Origin: Eledone cirrhosa
Lineage: Eukaryota
Direction of reading: 5' to 3'
Length of the DNA: 64,000 bases
Assembly (NCBI GenBank): GCA_964016885.1
Contig: OZ024742.1
Location: 215,698,001-215,762,000 of the forward strand
In this document: one piece after another, positions 1-13,500 of the stretch
Layout: each line of letters opens with the position of its first letter
Position numbering within the stretch: the stretch's first letter is position 1
Notes under the pieces: generated by a model
Seen by the model: only the letters and a program-made list of their open reading frames with translations
The model's database searches: none
What the model was told of the DNA's origin: nothing
Program-made: the position numbers and the translations under genes

Positions 1-3000
1 TGTAGTTGGTGGTGGTGGTGGTGTTTTGGCTGTTGTTGTTGTTGGTGGTTGTGTTTTGGCTGTAGTTGTTGGTGGTGGTTGTGTTTTGGCTGTAGTTGTT
101 GGTTGTGGTGGTGTTTTGGCTGTAGTTGTTGGTTGTGGTGGTGTTTTGGCTTTTGATGTTGGTGGAGGTGGTGTTTTGGATGTTGTTGTTGGTGGTGTTT
201 TGGCTGTAGTTGTTGTTGGTGGTGGTGGTGTTTTGGCTGTTGTTGTTGTTGGTGGAGGTGTTTTGGCTGTAGTTGTTGGAGGTAGTGGTGTTTTAGCTGT
301 TGTTGTCGTTGGTGGTGGTGTTTTGGCTGTTGTTGTTGTTGATGGTGCTGTTTTGGCTGTTGTTGTTGGTGGTGGTGGTGTTTTAGCTGTTGTTGTTGTT
401 GGTGGTGGTGTTTTGGCTGTCGTTGTTGTTGGTGGTGGTGTTTTGGCTGTAGTTGTTGGTGATGGTTGTGTTTTGGCTGTTGTTTTTGTTGGTGGTGGTG
501 TTTTAGCTCTTGTTGTCGTTGGTGGTGTTTTAACTGTTGTTGACGTTGGTGGTGGTTGTGTTTTGGCTGTTGTTGTTGCTGGTGGAGGTGTTTTGGCTGT
601 TGTTGTTGGTGGTCTTGGTGTTTTGGCTCTAGTTGTTGGTGGTGGTGTTTTGTCTGTACTTGTTATTGGTGGTGGTGTTTTTGGTGGTGGTGTTTTGGCC
701 GCTGTTGTTGGCAGTGGTGTTTTGGCTGTTGTTGCTGGTGATGGTTGTGTTTTGGCTGTTGTTGTTGGTGGTGGTGGTGTTTTAGCTGTTGTTGTTGTTG
801 GTGGTGGTGTTTTGGCTGTCGTTGTTGTTGGTGGTGGTGTTTTGGCTGTAGTTGTTGGTGATGGTTGTGTTTTGGCTGTTGTTTTTGTTGGTGGTGGTGT
901 TTTAGCTCTTGTTGTCGTTGGTGGTGTTTTATCTGTTGTTGTCGTTGGTGGTGATGGTGTTTTGGCTGTTGTTGTTGGTGGAGGTGTTGTGGCTGTTGTT
1001 GTTGTTGGTGGACGTGTTTTGGCTGTTGTTGTTGGTGGTGGTGTTTTGGCTGTTGTTGTTGGTGGTGGTGGTGTTTTGGCTGTTGTTGTTGTTGTTGGTG
1101 GTGTTTTTGCTGTTGTTGTTGGTGGTGGTGTTTTGGCTGTTGTTGTTAGTGGTGGTTGTGTTTTGGCTGTAGTTGTTGGTGTTGGTGGTTTTATTGCTGT
1201 TGTTGTTGTTGGTGGTGGTGTTTTGGCTGTAGTTGTTGTTGGTGGTGTTGTTTTGGCTCTAGTTGTTGGTGGTGGTGGTGTTTTGGTTGTTGTTGTTGTT
1301 GGTGGAGGTGTTTTGGCTGTAGATGTTGGAGGTAGTGGTGTTTTAGCTGTTGTTGTTGTAGGTGGTGGTGTTTTGGCTGTCGTTGTTGTTGTTGGTGGTG
1401 GTGTTTTGGTTGTTGTTGTTGATGGTGGAGGTGTTTTGGCTGTAGTTGTTGGAGGTAGTGGTGTTTTAGCTGTTGTTGTTGTTGGTGGTGATGTTTTGGC
1501 TGTTGTTTTTGTTGATGGTGCAGTTTTGGCTGTTGATGTTGGTGGTGGTGGTGTTTTAGCTGTTGTTGTTGTTGGTGGTGGTGTTTTCGCTGTAGTTGTT
1601 GGTGATGGTTGTGTTTTGGCTGTTGTTTTTGTTGGTGGTGGTGTTTTAGCTCTTGTTGTCGTTGGTGGTGTTTTATCTGTTGTTGTCGTTGGTGGTGGTG
1701 GTGTTTTGGCTGTTGTTGTTCGTGGAGGTGTTTTGGCTGCAGTTCTTGGTGGTGGTGGTGTTTTGGTTGTTGCTGTTGGTGGAGGTGTTTTGGCTGTTAC
1801 TGTTGGTGGTGGTGTTTGGCTGTTGTTGTTGGTGGTGGTTTTTTGGCTGTTGTTGTTGTTGTTGGTGGTGGTGTTTTGGCTGGTATTGTTGGTGGTGGTA
1901 TTTTGGCTGTAGTTGTTGTTGATGGTGGTGGTGTTTTGGCTGTTGTTGTTGGTGGTGTTTTGGTTGTTGTTGTTGGTGGTGGTGGTGTTTTGGTTGTTGT
2001 TGTTGGTGGAGGTGTTTTGGCTGTTATTGTTGGTGGTGGTGTTTGGCTGTTGTTATTGTTTGTGGTGGTGGTGTTTAGGCTGTTGTTGTTGTTGTCGTTG
2101 GTGGTGTTTTTGCTGTAGTTGTTGTTGTTGGTGGTGGTGTTTTGGCTGTTGATGTTGTTGGTGGTGTTTTGGCTGTTGTTGTTGGTGGTGGAGTTTTGGC
2201 TGTTGTTGTTGGAGGTGGAGGTGTTTTGGCTGTTGTTGTTGGAGGTGGAGGTGTTTTGGCTGTTGTTGTTGGTGGTGGTGGTGTTTTGGCTGTAGTTGTT
2301 GTTTGTGGTTGTGGTGTTTTGGCTGTTGATGCTGTTGGTGGTGTTTTGGCAGTTGTTGTTGGTGGTGGTGTTTTAGCTCTTGTTGTTGGTGGTGGTGGTG
2401 GTGTTTTGGCTGTAGTTGTTGTTGGTGGTGGTGTTTTGGCTGTAGTTGTTCGTGGTGGTTTTTTGGCTGTTGTTGTTGTTGGTGGTGGTGTTTCGGCTGT
2501 TGTTGCTGGTGGTGGTGGTGTTTTGGCTGTAGTTGTTGTTGGTGGTTGTGGTGTTTTGGCTGTTGATGTTGTTGGTGGTGTTTTGGCTGTTGTTGTTGTT
2601 GGTGGTGGTGTTTTGGCTGGTGTTGTTGGTGGTGGTGTTTTGGCTGTAGTTGCTGTTGGTGGTGGTGGTGTTTTGGCTGTTGTTGTTGGTGGTGATGGTG
2701 TTTTGGCTGTTGTTGTTGGTGGTGGTGTTTTGGCTCTAGTTGTTGTTGGTAGTGGGGGTGTTTTGGCTGGTGTTGTTGCTGGTGGAGTGTTTTGGCTGTT
2801 GTTGTTGGTGGTGGTGGTGTTTTGGCTGTTGACGTTGGTGTTGGTGTCTTCGCTGTAGTTGTTGTTTGTGGTGGTGTTTTGCCTGGTTTTGTTGTTGGTG
2901 GTGGTGTTTTGGCTGCTGTTGTTGTTGGTGGTGGTGTTTTGGCTGTTGTTGTTGGTGGAGGTGGTGTTTTGGCTGTTGTCGTTGGTGGTGGTGGTGTTTT

Positions 3001-4910
3001 GGCTGTTGTTGTTGTTGGTGGTGGTGTTTTGGCTGTGGTTGTTGTTGTTGGTGGTGGTGGTGTTTGGCCGTTGTTGTTGTTGTTGGTGGTGGTGGTATTT
3101 TGGCTGTTCTTGTTGTTGGTGGTGGTGGTGGTCTTTTGACTGTAGTTGTTGGTGGTGGTGGTGTTTTAGCTGTTGTTGTTGCTGTTGGTGGTGGTGGTGT
3201 TTTGTTTGTCGTTGTTGTTGGTGGTGGTGTTTTGGCTGTTGTTGTTATTGGTGGTGGCGGTCTTTTGGTTGTTGTTGTTGTTGGTTGGTGGTGGTGTTTT
3301 GGCTGTCGTTGTTGTTAGTGGTGGTGGTGTTTTAACTGTTGTTGTTGTCGTTGGTGGTAGTGGTGTTTTGGCTGTTGTTGTTGTTGGTGGTGGTGGTGGT
3401 GTTTTGTTGGTGTTGTTGGTGGAGGTGTTTTGGCTGTAGTTGTTCGTGGTGGTGTTTTGGCTGTTGATGTTGTTGGTGGTGGTGTTTCGGCTGTTGTTGT
3501 TGGTGGTGGGGGTGTTTTGGCTGTAGTTGCTGTTGGTGGTGGTGTTTTGGCTGTTGTTGATGTTGGTGGTGGTGTTTTGGCTGTTGTTGTAGTTGGTGGA
3601 GGTGTTTTGGCTGTCGTTGTTGTTGTTGGTGGTGTTTTAGCTGTTGTTGTTGTCGTTGGTGGTGGTGGTGTTTTGGCTGTTGTTTTTGGTGGAGGTGGAG
3701 TTTTGGCTGTTGTTGTTGGTGGAGGTGGTGTTTTGGCTGTTGTCGTTGGTAGTGGTGGTGTTTTGGCTGTCGTTGTTGATGTTGGTGGTGTTTTGGCTGT
3801 TGTTGTTATTGGTGGTGGCGGTCTTTTGATTGTTGTTGTTGTTGGTTGGTGGTGGTGTTTTGGCTGTCGTTGTTGTTGGTGGTGGTGTTTTGGCTGTTGT
3901 TGTTGGTGGTGGTGATGGTGTTTTGACTGTTGTTGTTGGTGGTGGTGTTTTAGCTGTTGTTGTTGTCGTTGGTGGTGGTGGTGTTTTGGCTGTCGTTGTT
4001 TTTGTTGTTGTTGGTGGTGGTGTTTTGTTGGTTTTGTTGGTGGAGGTGTTTTGGCTGCTGTTGTTGCAGGTTTTTGTGTTTTGGCTGTCGTTGTTGTTGG
4101 TGGTGGTATTTTAGCTGTTGTTGATAGTGGTGGTGCTGTTTTGGCTGTTGTTGTTGTTGTTGGTGGTGTTTTGGCTGTTGTTGTTGTTGGTGGAGGTGTT
4201 TTGGCTGTCGTTGTTGTTGTTGGTGGTGTTTTGGCTGTAGTTGTTGTTGGTGGTTGTATTTTGGCTGTTGTTGTTGTTGGTGGTGGTATTTTGGCTGTTG
4301 CTGTTGTTGTTGGTGGTGTTTTGGCTGTCGTTGTTGTTGGTGGTGGTGTTTTGGCTGTTGTTGTTGGTGGTGGTGATGGTGTTTTGACTGTTGTTGTTGT
4401 TGGTGGTGTTTTAGCTGTTGTTGTTGTCGTTGGTGGTGGTGGTGTTTTGGCTGTTGTTGTCGTTGTTGTTGGTGGTGGTGTTTTGTTGGTGTTGTTGGTG
4501 GAGGTGTTTTGGCTGTTGTTGTTGTTGGTGGTGGTATTTTAGCTGTTGCTGTTGTTGGTGGTGGTGTTTTGGCTGTCGTTGTTGTTGGTGGTGGTGTTTT
4601 GGCTGTTGTTGTTGTTGGTGGCGGTGTTTTGGCTGTCGTTGTTGTTGGTGGTGGTGTTTTGTCTGTTGCTGTTGTTGTTGGTGGTGTTTTGGCTGTAGTT
4701 GTTTTTGGTGGTGGTATTTTGGCTGTTGTTGTTGTTGGTGGTGGTATTTTGGCTGTTGCTGTTGTTGTTGGTGGTGTTTTGGCTGTAGTTGTTGTTGGTG
4801 GTGGTGTTTTGGCTGTTGCTGTTGGTTGTGCTGGTGTTTTGGCTTTTGTTGTTGTTGGTGGTGGTTTTGGTGTTGGTGGTGATTTGGATGTTGCTGTTGT
4901 TGGCGGTAGC
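1..4910. repeat. GTT/GGT-based minisatellite, unit ~24-33 bp (GTT)n(GGT)nGTTTTGGCT
   Basis: Well over a hundred tandem units of gttgttgttggtggtggtgttttggct with variable triplet counts; runs off the left edge of the window. Confidence 0.95.
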
Positions 4911-5890
4911 GGTGTTTAGAGCTATTGTTGTTGTTGGTGGTGGTGGTGGTGCTGCTGCTGATGATGATGATACTATCACCATACTAGTTATTATTGTTGT
5001 TGTATTTGGTGCTGTTGATGCTGGTGTTGTTCTTGACGCAGTTGTTGTTGCTGTTATTGTTGTTGGTGTCTGTGAAGTTGGTGGGGGTGGGCGCATATGT
5101 GTAGTAGTGTTAATAGTGCTGACAAATTTAGTGTAGTGATGATCGTATTGTCGATGGAGTTGGTGATAATGATGGTTGTATCTGTGTTAGTGATAATAGA
5201 TGCAGTTATGTCGATAGAAGTGTGAGTGATGTTTATCGTTGCATTCGTTTAGCCCTTCGTGAAAACTACGGTCTTGGGAATTTCACCTGTAGCATGCCAT
5301 CCTCTATTTCCTCCACATACGGGAAATCCATGATCACATAATGCAACATATCGTTGTATCATATGGTGTGAGACAGATTTGGCTTTATTTCCACTTGGTT
5401 AAGCTACAACGTAGAAGCTTCCTCTTTGTCTCATAAACCGCGGCTGCTAATGACTTGGAATTTCTATTGTTTTTTTTTCATCGTGGCCATTGTTGTTGTT
5501 GTTGCTTTTGTTCTTGTTGTTGCTGTTGTTTCTGTTCTCGTTGTTGTTGTTCGTGGTGATCTTGGTGGTAGTTGTGCTCGTGGTGCACACCCACCAAACA
5601 TTAAAAACTTTCCAGCTGTGACCATCATTACAGAACGTCATAGAAATTAGGCTGTTATTTCTGCTATGTCTAGGAACCACTTAGTGGATCTCTAGTTATG
5701 TTGGTCTTACAAGGCCGCCACCGATACCGACGTTGATTACATTTACACTTCTTAACGCTACAGCCATTAAGCATTACACACATACACACACAGTATGTAT
5801 CGCAACTATCATTGTCGGTATTTACCATTACAAACTATGAAACTGCCTATAACACCACGATCCTAACCGCCACCAACAACAAAACCATTA

Positions 5891-5902
5891 CTACTACTAC
5901 TG

Positions 5903-5970
<68 letters not shown>
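5891..5970. repeat. (ACT)n microsatellite
   Basis: Direct reading. Confidence 0.95.
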
Positions 5971-5973
<3 letters not shown>

Positions 5974-6959
5974 TCTGTTGCTGCTACTGCCACTGCCACC
6001 ATCACCGACTAAATCCTTACTAATACCACAATAAGCATCACTGTCTCAACAGTAGTTTCTTCCATCATATCTCCGCTGCTAACATAATTATGGACACCAA
6101 TATCAACTTGCTAGAAATAACAGCCGAATGCCTTTCAAATCACGTCTCTACCGTCTTTGGAAAGGATTCATTCTTCGATGTCGCACAAGGTTCTCTCTCT
6201 GAAAATAGGAAAAGAAAACTGCGATAGATTGTCTGGAGGTGGAGGTGGTGGTGCTGGTGAAGATGTGTGTATTGTAGACTGATGCTTGTGATGGATATAG
6301 TCTTGTTTATTATAATGGTGGAGATTGTGGTGGGGGTGATGTCAATGACCTTTCTCGATATGGTGTATGTGGTGTTGGGGATTGTACATATAATGTGAAT
6401 GGATGTGGCTAATAGCTGTATATATGTGCCGCTACTGCTGCTGATCATGATGATGCTAAGTGGAAGTTCTATAGATTCTTCTTATGGTGATAAATGGTGA
6501 GATATTGTTGTCTAATAGTTGTTGTTGTTGTTGTTGGTAACGTTAATAGTGGTCGTGGCAGTGATAGTGGTGGGGTGAGAGTATTCGACATGAAGATCGT
6601 GGTAATGAGTTGATAACGGCTGTGACGGTTCTACACATGAATATGGTTGTTATTTAACCCCAGGCCTGTTTTGATGTAGTAGACATGCCATGACTATTCC
6701 ACCTTTTCCAAAGCAACATAGCACTTCTATTATCCAACGTGGTATTTTCTTGTATGATATAATCAGAGATAAAAATTCGACTGTTATTTCTAGCAGGTCG
6801 AATGACCACGTAGAGACAGCTCTTTCGTATTGTTGCTACAGCTGCTGCTGCTGAGTGTGATGATGAAGGTGAAGTCTGTAGACGATATGGTGTTTGGAAA
6901 AGTATTGGTTGTAGTGGTGACTGTGATTCTACTAGTATTGCTGCTAGAGAAACTGGTGA

Positions 6960-7684
6960 TTTTCGCGACATTTCTAGACATGTTGATGGTGGTGGAGGAG
7001 CCGGTGTTAGTTGTGGTGATGGTGGCGGTGGTGGTGGTGGCAGTGGTGGTAGTGGCAGTGGTGTCGGTGGTGGTGGTGGTGATAGTTATAATGGTCGTGA
7101 GCGTGAATTTAGTGACGGTTTTAGATTTTGCCATGGCTATGAAGATGATTGATATAGTGATGTTAATTGTTGCTATGATCATAGACTGTCGATGGTAGTT
7201 GGGGGTAGAGGTGGAGGGGTGAATGTGCGGGTGTTGTTGGTGGCGGCTATAGTAGTGGTGGTGATGGTGGTGGTGGTGGTGGTGGTGGTGGTAGGTGTTC
7301 TGCTGCTGGTGGAGGTATTAGTGCTGATGGTAATGTAGTGGTGGTGGATGTCATGGTGGAGATATAGGTGTTACAAGTTGTAGAGCAGCTATTGAAGACA
7401 ATAACCGCGTTTGTGGCGGTAATTAAAACTCTATCAAATCTAAGAATTATAGAAAAATTAGAAAGGTACGAGCCCCAGGTATTGTAGAACACTCGATAAG
7501 AGCCGTGGTGATCTTATTTATGGTTGTAATTAAGGTAACGTTGTTTGTTGCTGTAGTGTTAGTGCTGACATTGATAGTAGTGGTTTAATTGTCATGCTGG
7601 GGTGGATTGTTATGTTAATTTTAATAGTGGTGGTGGTTGGGATGATGCTGGTGCTAGAGATAGTGGTACTGATGGAAGCAGCAG

Positions 7685-7749
<65 letters not shown>

Positions 7750-8430
7750 ATTTGGTGGAAATAGTGGTGGTTGTGTTGTCTCAGGTATTGGTGTTCACAG
7801 TGGAGTTGATAGTGGTGGCGCAGTTAGAGATAATAGTGGCGATTATGCTAGTGACAGTAGAAATAGTGGTAGAGGCTGAGCATGTAGTGGTGGTAACCAC
7901 ATAGAGGGTGAAAGGGACAATGATGGTAATGTTAGCGGTTATAGTGGAAGTGGTAATGAGAGTGAAAGTGGAAGAGGGGGTTGATGTGTTACAGGCATTG
8001 ATAGTGTTTGTAATGTTAGTACTAGTATAGATAAAATATACTGAGATAATTATGAGTAAGTTACACTTGTTACTGCAAGTTGTTTTGATATTAGTCTTGT
8101 TGTTGTTGTGGTGGTGGTGGTGGTGGTTGTTGTTATTGTTTTTGTTGTTGTTGTGGTGGTGGTGGTGGTGGTGGTGGTGGATTCTAATGGTGGAGATGGT
8201 GGTGATTTTCATACTATTGCTACTGCTAGAGTGACGGCGGTGGTGATGTTAAAAATGGTGGTAGTTATGCTTGGTGGCGTCGCTGTCGATAGCATCTCTG
8301 GTTTTGGAAGCTCCATCGTTCAATGGAGATCGATATTGCCTGATGATTTTAACTGGCTGCTAGCAGCAACAGCAACAATTTCCACATCAGGGAAGCAGTA
8401 GTATAACACAACAGTAGCAGTAGCAGCTGC
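6960..8430. repeat. Low-complexity GTG/GTA/GTT/AGC triplet region
   Basis: Degenerate (GGT)n, (AGC)n(AGT)n at 7677-7748, and (GTT/GGT)n at 8100-8180. Confidence 0.8.
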
Positions 8431-8700
8431 AAGCAAGCAGAATTTTTGCAGTAGGCATTCCCAGAATGATTATCACGCATTGCTTCCACAAGCATGCGTT
8501 TGTTTTCCGCTCGACATGAAGAATAGCTAGCTACACATGTGGAAATGTATTCTCAGAGCATTAAATGAATAAAAATACGTATGTCTGAATGTATGCATCT
8601 CCCTATTTGTTTATATGTGTAAGTGTGTAAACAGACAATAGTGTAGGATATCTTAGTCACATGTAGATATATATATATATGTGTGTATGTGTGTGTGTAA

Positions 8701-8731
<31 letters not shown>

Positions 8732-8931
8732 GGGGTGAGAGAAGTATAAATGGTTTTCCTACAAGGAACAGAAGGAAACAACAGTTAAATAAATACACAA
8801 TATAAGAGTAAAGAAGGTTTATATTTATTTCAGATAGGTATATTTGATACAGGCCTAGAACTGTTTCTTTCATTTGAAATCGTTAGGTATGTGAAATAAT
8901 TGTGGTCAAGTTTGGTGTTTATATATATGTG

Positions 8932-9006
8932 GAAGAAGAAGAAGAAGAAGAAGAAGAAGAAGAAGAAGAAGAAGAAGAAGAAGAAGAAGAAGAAGAAGAA
9001 GAAGAA
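8932..9006. repeat. (GAA)n microsatellite
   Basis: Direct reading. Confidence 0.95.
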
Positions 9007-9099
9007 ATGGTGTGCAATGCTGTTTAGCGTTTCAGCGACCGGTATAGGCTTCGCTGCCCGCCACTCCGAAGAATAGGTCTCACTCCGATATGTTTTAAG

Positions 9100-9272
9100 T
9101 AGAATCTGTGTAGTGGCCTACATCCTTGCTCACGGCAATCGGAGCGGAGATGTTGCGGCCCTTCTGCCTCTCCGGGACAATATATTCAGCATTCTTTCGG
9201 CCGGGACCAAGAGGAAGACCGTAAGGTTGTTGGAAGTGGAAGATACTTGTTAAGACATCACATGATGATGAT
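9100..9272 (+). mobile_element. Degenerate RTE-clade LINE 3' end
   Basis: Translates to PGPRGRP*GCW (resembles the RTE C-terminal GxRxRGRPxxxW) and is followed by a short (TGA)n tail. Confidence 0.4.
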
Positions 9273-9480
9273 GGCTGTAACTCGATTTCGAGTAATGCCA
9301 TCCCTTTATACTTAAGCATGAGAATCACGGACTTGGCTTTTAACCCTCCGAGGGACTTAACTATGGCCTACAATGTCATTCATTGCAAAAAGAATGTCAC
9401 ACAAGCGATGCATGTGCTTGAATATTTTTTTAAGTGAGAAAAGGCGTTGCAACTGGCCAATCCCACTCACTTATCATCAA
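9270..9480 (+). repeat. Dispersed repeat, RTE 5'-UTR-like family, copy 1
   Basis: Starts gatggctg and shares the block gc(a/g)atgc.tgtg.ttgaa...tt(t)aagt..g(a/g)aa.g..(t/g)tgca...caatcccac with 43820-43880, 44118-44370 and 44782-45110. Confidence 0.55.
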
Positions 9481-9678
9481 ATGCATCTACCCCAAAAGAA
9501 CCTTTTATATAGAGAGGTCCCATAAAAAAATATCCACAAACATACATATAAATATGTCAAGTTTGACAAAAAGATGAAACAAAAGATTTTGTGAAAGCGC
9601 GTAACTTTATTGTTAGGGCGTCTGCTTCACAATCTATATCCTATACACTATATACAACCATTATTTCTATCATTATTA

Positions 9679-9869
9679 GGGCGGTGGATTGGCAGTATCG
9701 GTAGAGGGTCGGACGCCATGTTTTCCAGCATAGTTACGTCCCTTTACGATCTGAGTTCAAATCCCGCCGAGGTTAACTTTGCCCTTCATCCTTACGGGGT
9801 CGATAAAATAAAGTACCAGTAATGAACTGAGTAATTGCTGGCCTTGTGCCTAAAGTAGAAACAATTATT
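9679..9869 (+). mobile_element. tRNA-derived SINE, full length (central domain resembles Meta/MESC domain)
   Basis: A-box-like tggcagtatcgg, B-box gagttcaaatcc, central gcc(c/t)ttcatccttacggggtcgataaaataaagtacc, (ATT)n tail; 19-bp TSD attatttctatcattatta at 9660-9678 and 9864-9882. The domain name is from recall. Confidence 0.85.
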
Positions 9870-9888
9870 TCTATCATTATTATAAGTA

Positions 9889-10462
9889 CTGACTTGTGGA
9901 GTTGTGTCGAACAGCTGTTGTTCCACCGCCTTCTTTTGACTGGGAAGGGCAGGTAGTATCCCTCCCTCTGTTGGCGGTAGCGAAAGAGGTTTTGTGGTGA
10001 ACGAGTTTGAAAGGACTGAAAATAGTCACTTTTCTCTTCAGCCAATCTCTCATCAACATTTTCAAGTTTCACTTGGAAAAGAAGATTAAGGTTGAAAGAG
10101 AAGAGCTGCCCCCAGTACTTTTGCTAAAGGGTGGGTGAATATGGCGAGAATGAACCCTGGGAATTGGCCTACGCTGAGAATGCGCTTGTAGGATGGTTAA
10201 CTTGAGAAGGAGAGGAGTGCCCTTCCCAGGTGTTCTCGAAGCGTCGACTGGTTCAAGTTTTATGGGATACCTGATTCCTCCCTTTGTGATTCACCTACCT
10301 AATGGGGAATTTATTTTGTTATATTTTTATATATTATACATCTTATATTTTATTTTTAATTGTATATTTTTACTCAATTTTATTGTAAACAGCTATTGTC
10401 CTCTACCTTTATATTGTCCCCTATATTCGACCCTTGTGGCCAATAATAAAGAAACCATTATT
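9889..10462 (+). mobile_element. 5'-truncated Tx1/L1-clade LINE 3' fragment
   Basis: Clearly homologous to 14467-15046 (ORF2 end ...MRL*, 3' UTR, cccttgtggccaataa end); flanked by cattattataagta at 9875-9888 and 10456-10469. Confidence 0.9.
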
Positions 10463-10466
10463 ATAA

Positions 10467-10527
10467 GTAAAGTACCAGTAATGTACAGGGTAATTGTTAG
10501 CCTTGTGCCAAAAGTAGAAACAATTAT
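10467..10527 (+). mobile_element. SINE 3' tail fragment
   Basis: taaagtaccagtaatgtac...ccttgtgccaaaagtagaaacaatt; attataagta on both sides. Confidence 0.85.
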
Positions 10528-10539
10528 AAGTAGTAGTAG

Positions 10540-13500
10540 GGATCGAAGGGATCCACTGCTGCCGACGCTGAGGCGAGGATCACAACCAACACCAGCACCG
10601 GCAAAACCACCGACAACACAAATAGAAAGACCACCACCAGCATTGACCACCCAGGGGGGAAACGAGGAAAGTTGTCAAATTCCTCCTTTCCCCAAAAATA
10701 CACACACCAATAAAAACATAAACACACTTACAGACACACTTACAGACACAGACCCCCCTCATCTACCAGTAGTGAAGATGAGGGAAAACCAAAATCCCCC
10801 AAAATACAAAAAAGGAAACACAAAAAGGAAAAAAAAACTCAACAAAGCACAAAATCACCCACAATAACGAATTTAGACACCACCCACGCAAACATCCCTC
10901 CAATAACACCAACATCAACACCACCATCACCATCACCAGAATCCCCCAAACGCAAACAACCTAAATAGAGGCAAGAACAAATACATACACAAACATCTGA
11001 AACCCCAGACACCGCACTCACAACAAACACAGACACAACCGAAACAACACCACCAAAACCCTCACCACCACAGCCACGAAAACAAATAAAATCACACCAA
11101 CAAAACATACAGAACTTCGTGCTCGTCAGGAGGGACAACAAGGAACTGAATGCCCTCGTACCACGGAGTGAAAATATACAAAAAGTGGGGGAAATGTTTA
11201 AATCGAGCACATTTCGCGTGCCGGAAGATTTGTTTCTGGTGCGAATGTCGCTCGATTTATACAAATAGATACGTGACAGCTTTCCCCGAGACGTGGGAAC
11301 CACGAACGTAAAACCCACTTCAAGACTTTTAAAGGGGTTCCCCAAACAAACCCCACCAACTATGGAGGTCGAACCACCCGACCTTCACAAGAGCCCGGAA
11401 GGTAAGTAAACCTTTCCTCTCTCTTTTTTAACCTGCCAACATGTCCTGGAGGCAGGGTCACCTGCTCAACGACCTCAGGTCTCTAGAAATGGATGTAATG
11501 GCCGTCAGCGAGACCAGGATTTCCGACACGCGCGCACTAGCCCCCATTTTCGACGACTATCAGATATTTGCATCTGTTAGCCGGCTGGGAATGGGAGGCG
11601 GGGTGGCAGTGCTGTTTAGGAAAGGCCTGGATCTTGAGGTAAGGTCGATCTTCCGGGACCCGGACGGGAAGTTGGTGGTCCTGGACGTAAACAATAACGA
11701 AGGTGGTGCATTTAGACTGGTGGCCGTCTATGCCCCTACTGGGGCAGGACGGCCGGACTTCTTTAGACGCTTGGAATCCTTTATGGGTACGTCTCGCCCT
11801 TTACTGTTAGCGGGGGACTCAAACGGCATCTTAGACGCACGCTGTGACTCTGTGGTTGTATCCGATAGGAGCGGGGGGTGAAAAAGCCTCAAGAACCTGA
11901 TCAGCCAGTTCCAACTGTCTGACAGCTACCGACTAGATTTCCCTAATGCGCCAGTGTGGACCTGGGCTAACCGCATAGGGCCATCTAGATCGTATATAGA
12001 GAGGATATTCATTAGGAAAATAGACAGAAATAGTGTAAGCTGTCCACGTTTTAAAACGGTCGCCTATTCAGAACAAGAGTTTTGATCTGTATGGTCGACC
12101 TAGATAAGACGCATAGGTTAGGACCTGGTTACTGGAAGCTAAACATGTCATTTCCGGCACGTAAGGCATACAGGGACCAGGTCAACAATTTAGTTAAGAA
12201 AAAGTTGGAAGGGGGACTCGTCAACAATAGATGGTGGGGGGCTCTCAAAAGAGAGATTAGAGTAATGTCGATAGAGTTTACAAAGAAGTAGCGTTAGAGA
12301 AAAATAGAAAGGAGGGGGAGTTGGTAGATAAGTTAGACGAGGTTATTGGTAGTGGCATTGCAACTGACGTGCTAGTGGTGGGAATGGCATTAGACCATTT
12401 CTTCAATGTGAAACACAAAGGTTGCATTGTCAGAGCTAAGGCACGTGCTCTGAGAAACGAGGGAACCAAAGCTGTTCGATGGGCCCGTGTGGAAGAGGCG
12501 CAGCGTGGTAATAAAACCACGATTCGGTCTTTGACGGACCGAGACGGACACGAGCTGAGCGATTCCAAGCGGATGTGCGAGGCCTTTCGCCAACATTTTG
12601 CTAGGTTTTTCGGGGGAGTGGTGGGTCAGAGACGTTGGCGGACTTCAGTCCCTACCTCGATGGCTTGCTGCAACTCTCGACGGCTGACGCTGGGCGCTGT
12701 GAAAGGCTAATTACTTCAGCCGAGATTCAGGATGCACTTGTCGGCTGAATGAGGCGCAAGTCACCCGGTTTGGGTGGTCTACCCTACGAGCTTTACGTAA
12801 ATATGCCACACTTGTTCTCCAATCTCCTCGAAGCCCTCTACTGCAACTGGATGCAAAACGGGAGTATTCCCAGTTCTGTGAGCCGGGTCGTAGTGACGCT
12901 GATAAGGAAAGGCGAGAACAAGAGGGACACATTAGACAATTTCAGGCCCATAACTCTGTTCAACACAGAGTTTAAGATTTTAGCCAGGGTGTTAGAGAAG
13001 AGGTTGGCGCTTGTCGTCGGAGATTTGGTTGGGGAGGCGCACACTTGCGCAATCCCAACCAGGTCCATACACGACAACCTCCACCTAATGCGATACATCA
13101 TAGCGAGGGTAGGGTGTAAACCTGGCTTCGGTGGGGGCTCTGATCAATTTAGATCAATCGAAAGCATTCCATAGAGTCGACCATAGGTACCTGGAGGCTG
13201 TCCTCAAGGCGGCTGGCTTCGGTCCAGTCTTCAGAAGCTGGACCGCTGCAATGCATAGCGGCACCTGCTCGATGGTCAAAATTAATGGCAACCTCTCGGA
13301 ACCGTTTCAGGTTTCCCGATCGGTCCGTCAAGGGTACTCTCTCTCATCGCTTCTGTACGTATAGACTCTCGAGCCTTTACTGCGGAAGCTGGAGCTGTTG
13401 CAGGGTATCCCGCTCGAACCGGGACGCGGAAAGGCTGTGTCGGCTTATGCTGACGACACCACCATGATGGTGTCGGACACCTCAGAAATCGAGGTAGTCG

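Noticed and set aside
26-1912. 628-aa VLAVVVGGG ORF as a membrane or structural protein
   Set aside because: Pure repeat translation with a TTG start and no domains; if the array codes at all, the antisense Thr/Pro frame is more plausible.
9679-9770. tRNA genes (also 16337-16405)
   Set aside because: A and B boxes are present, but no clean cloverleaf was found and the sequences continue into SINE bodies.
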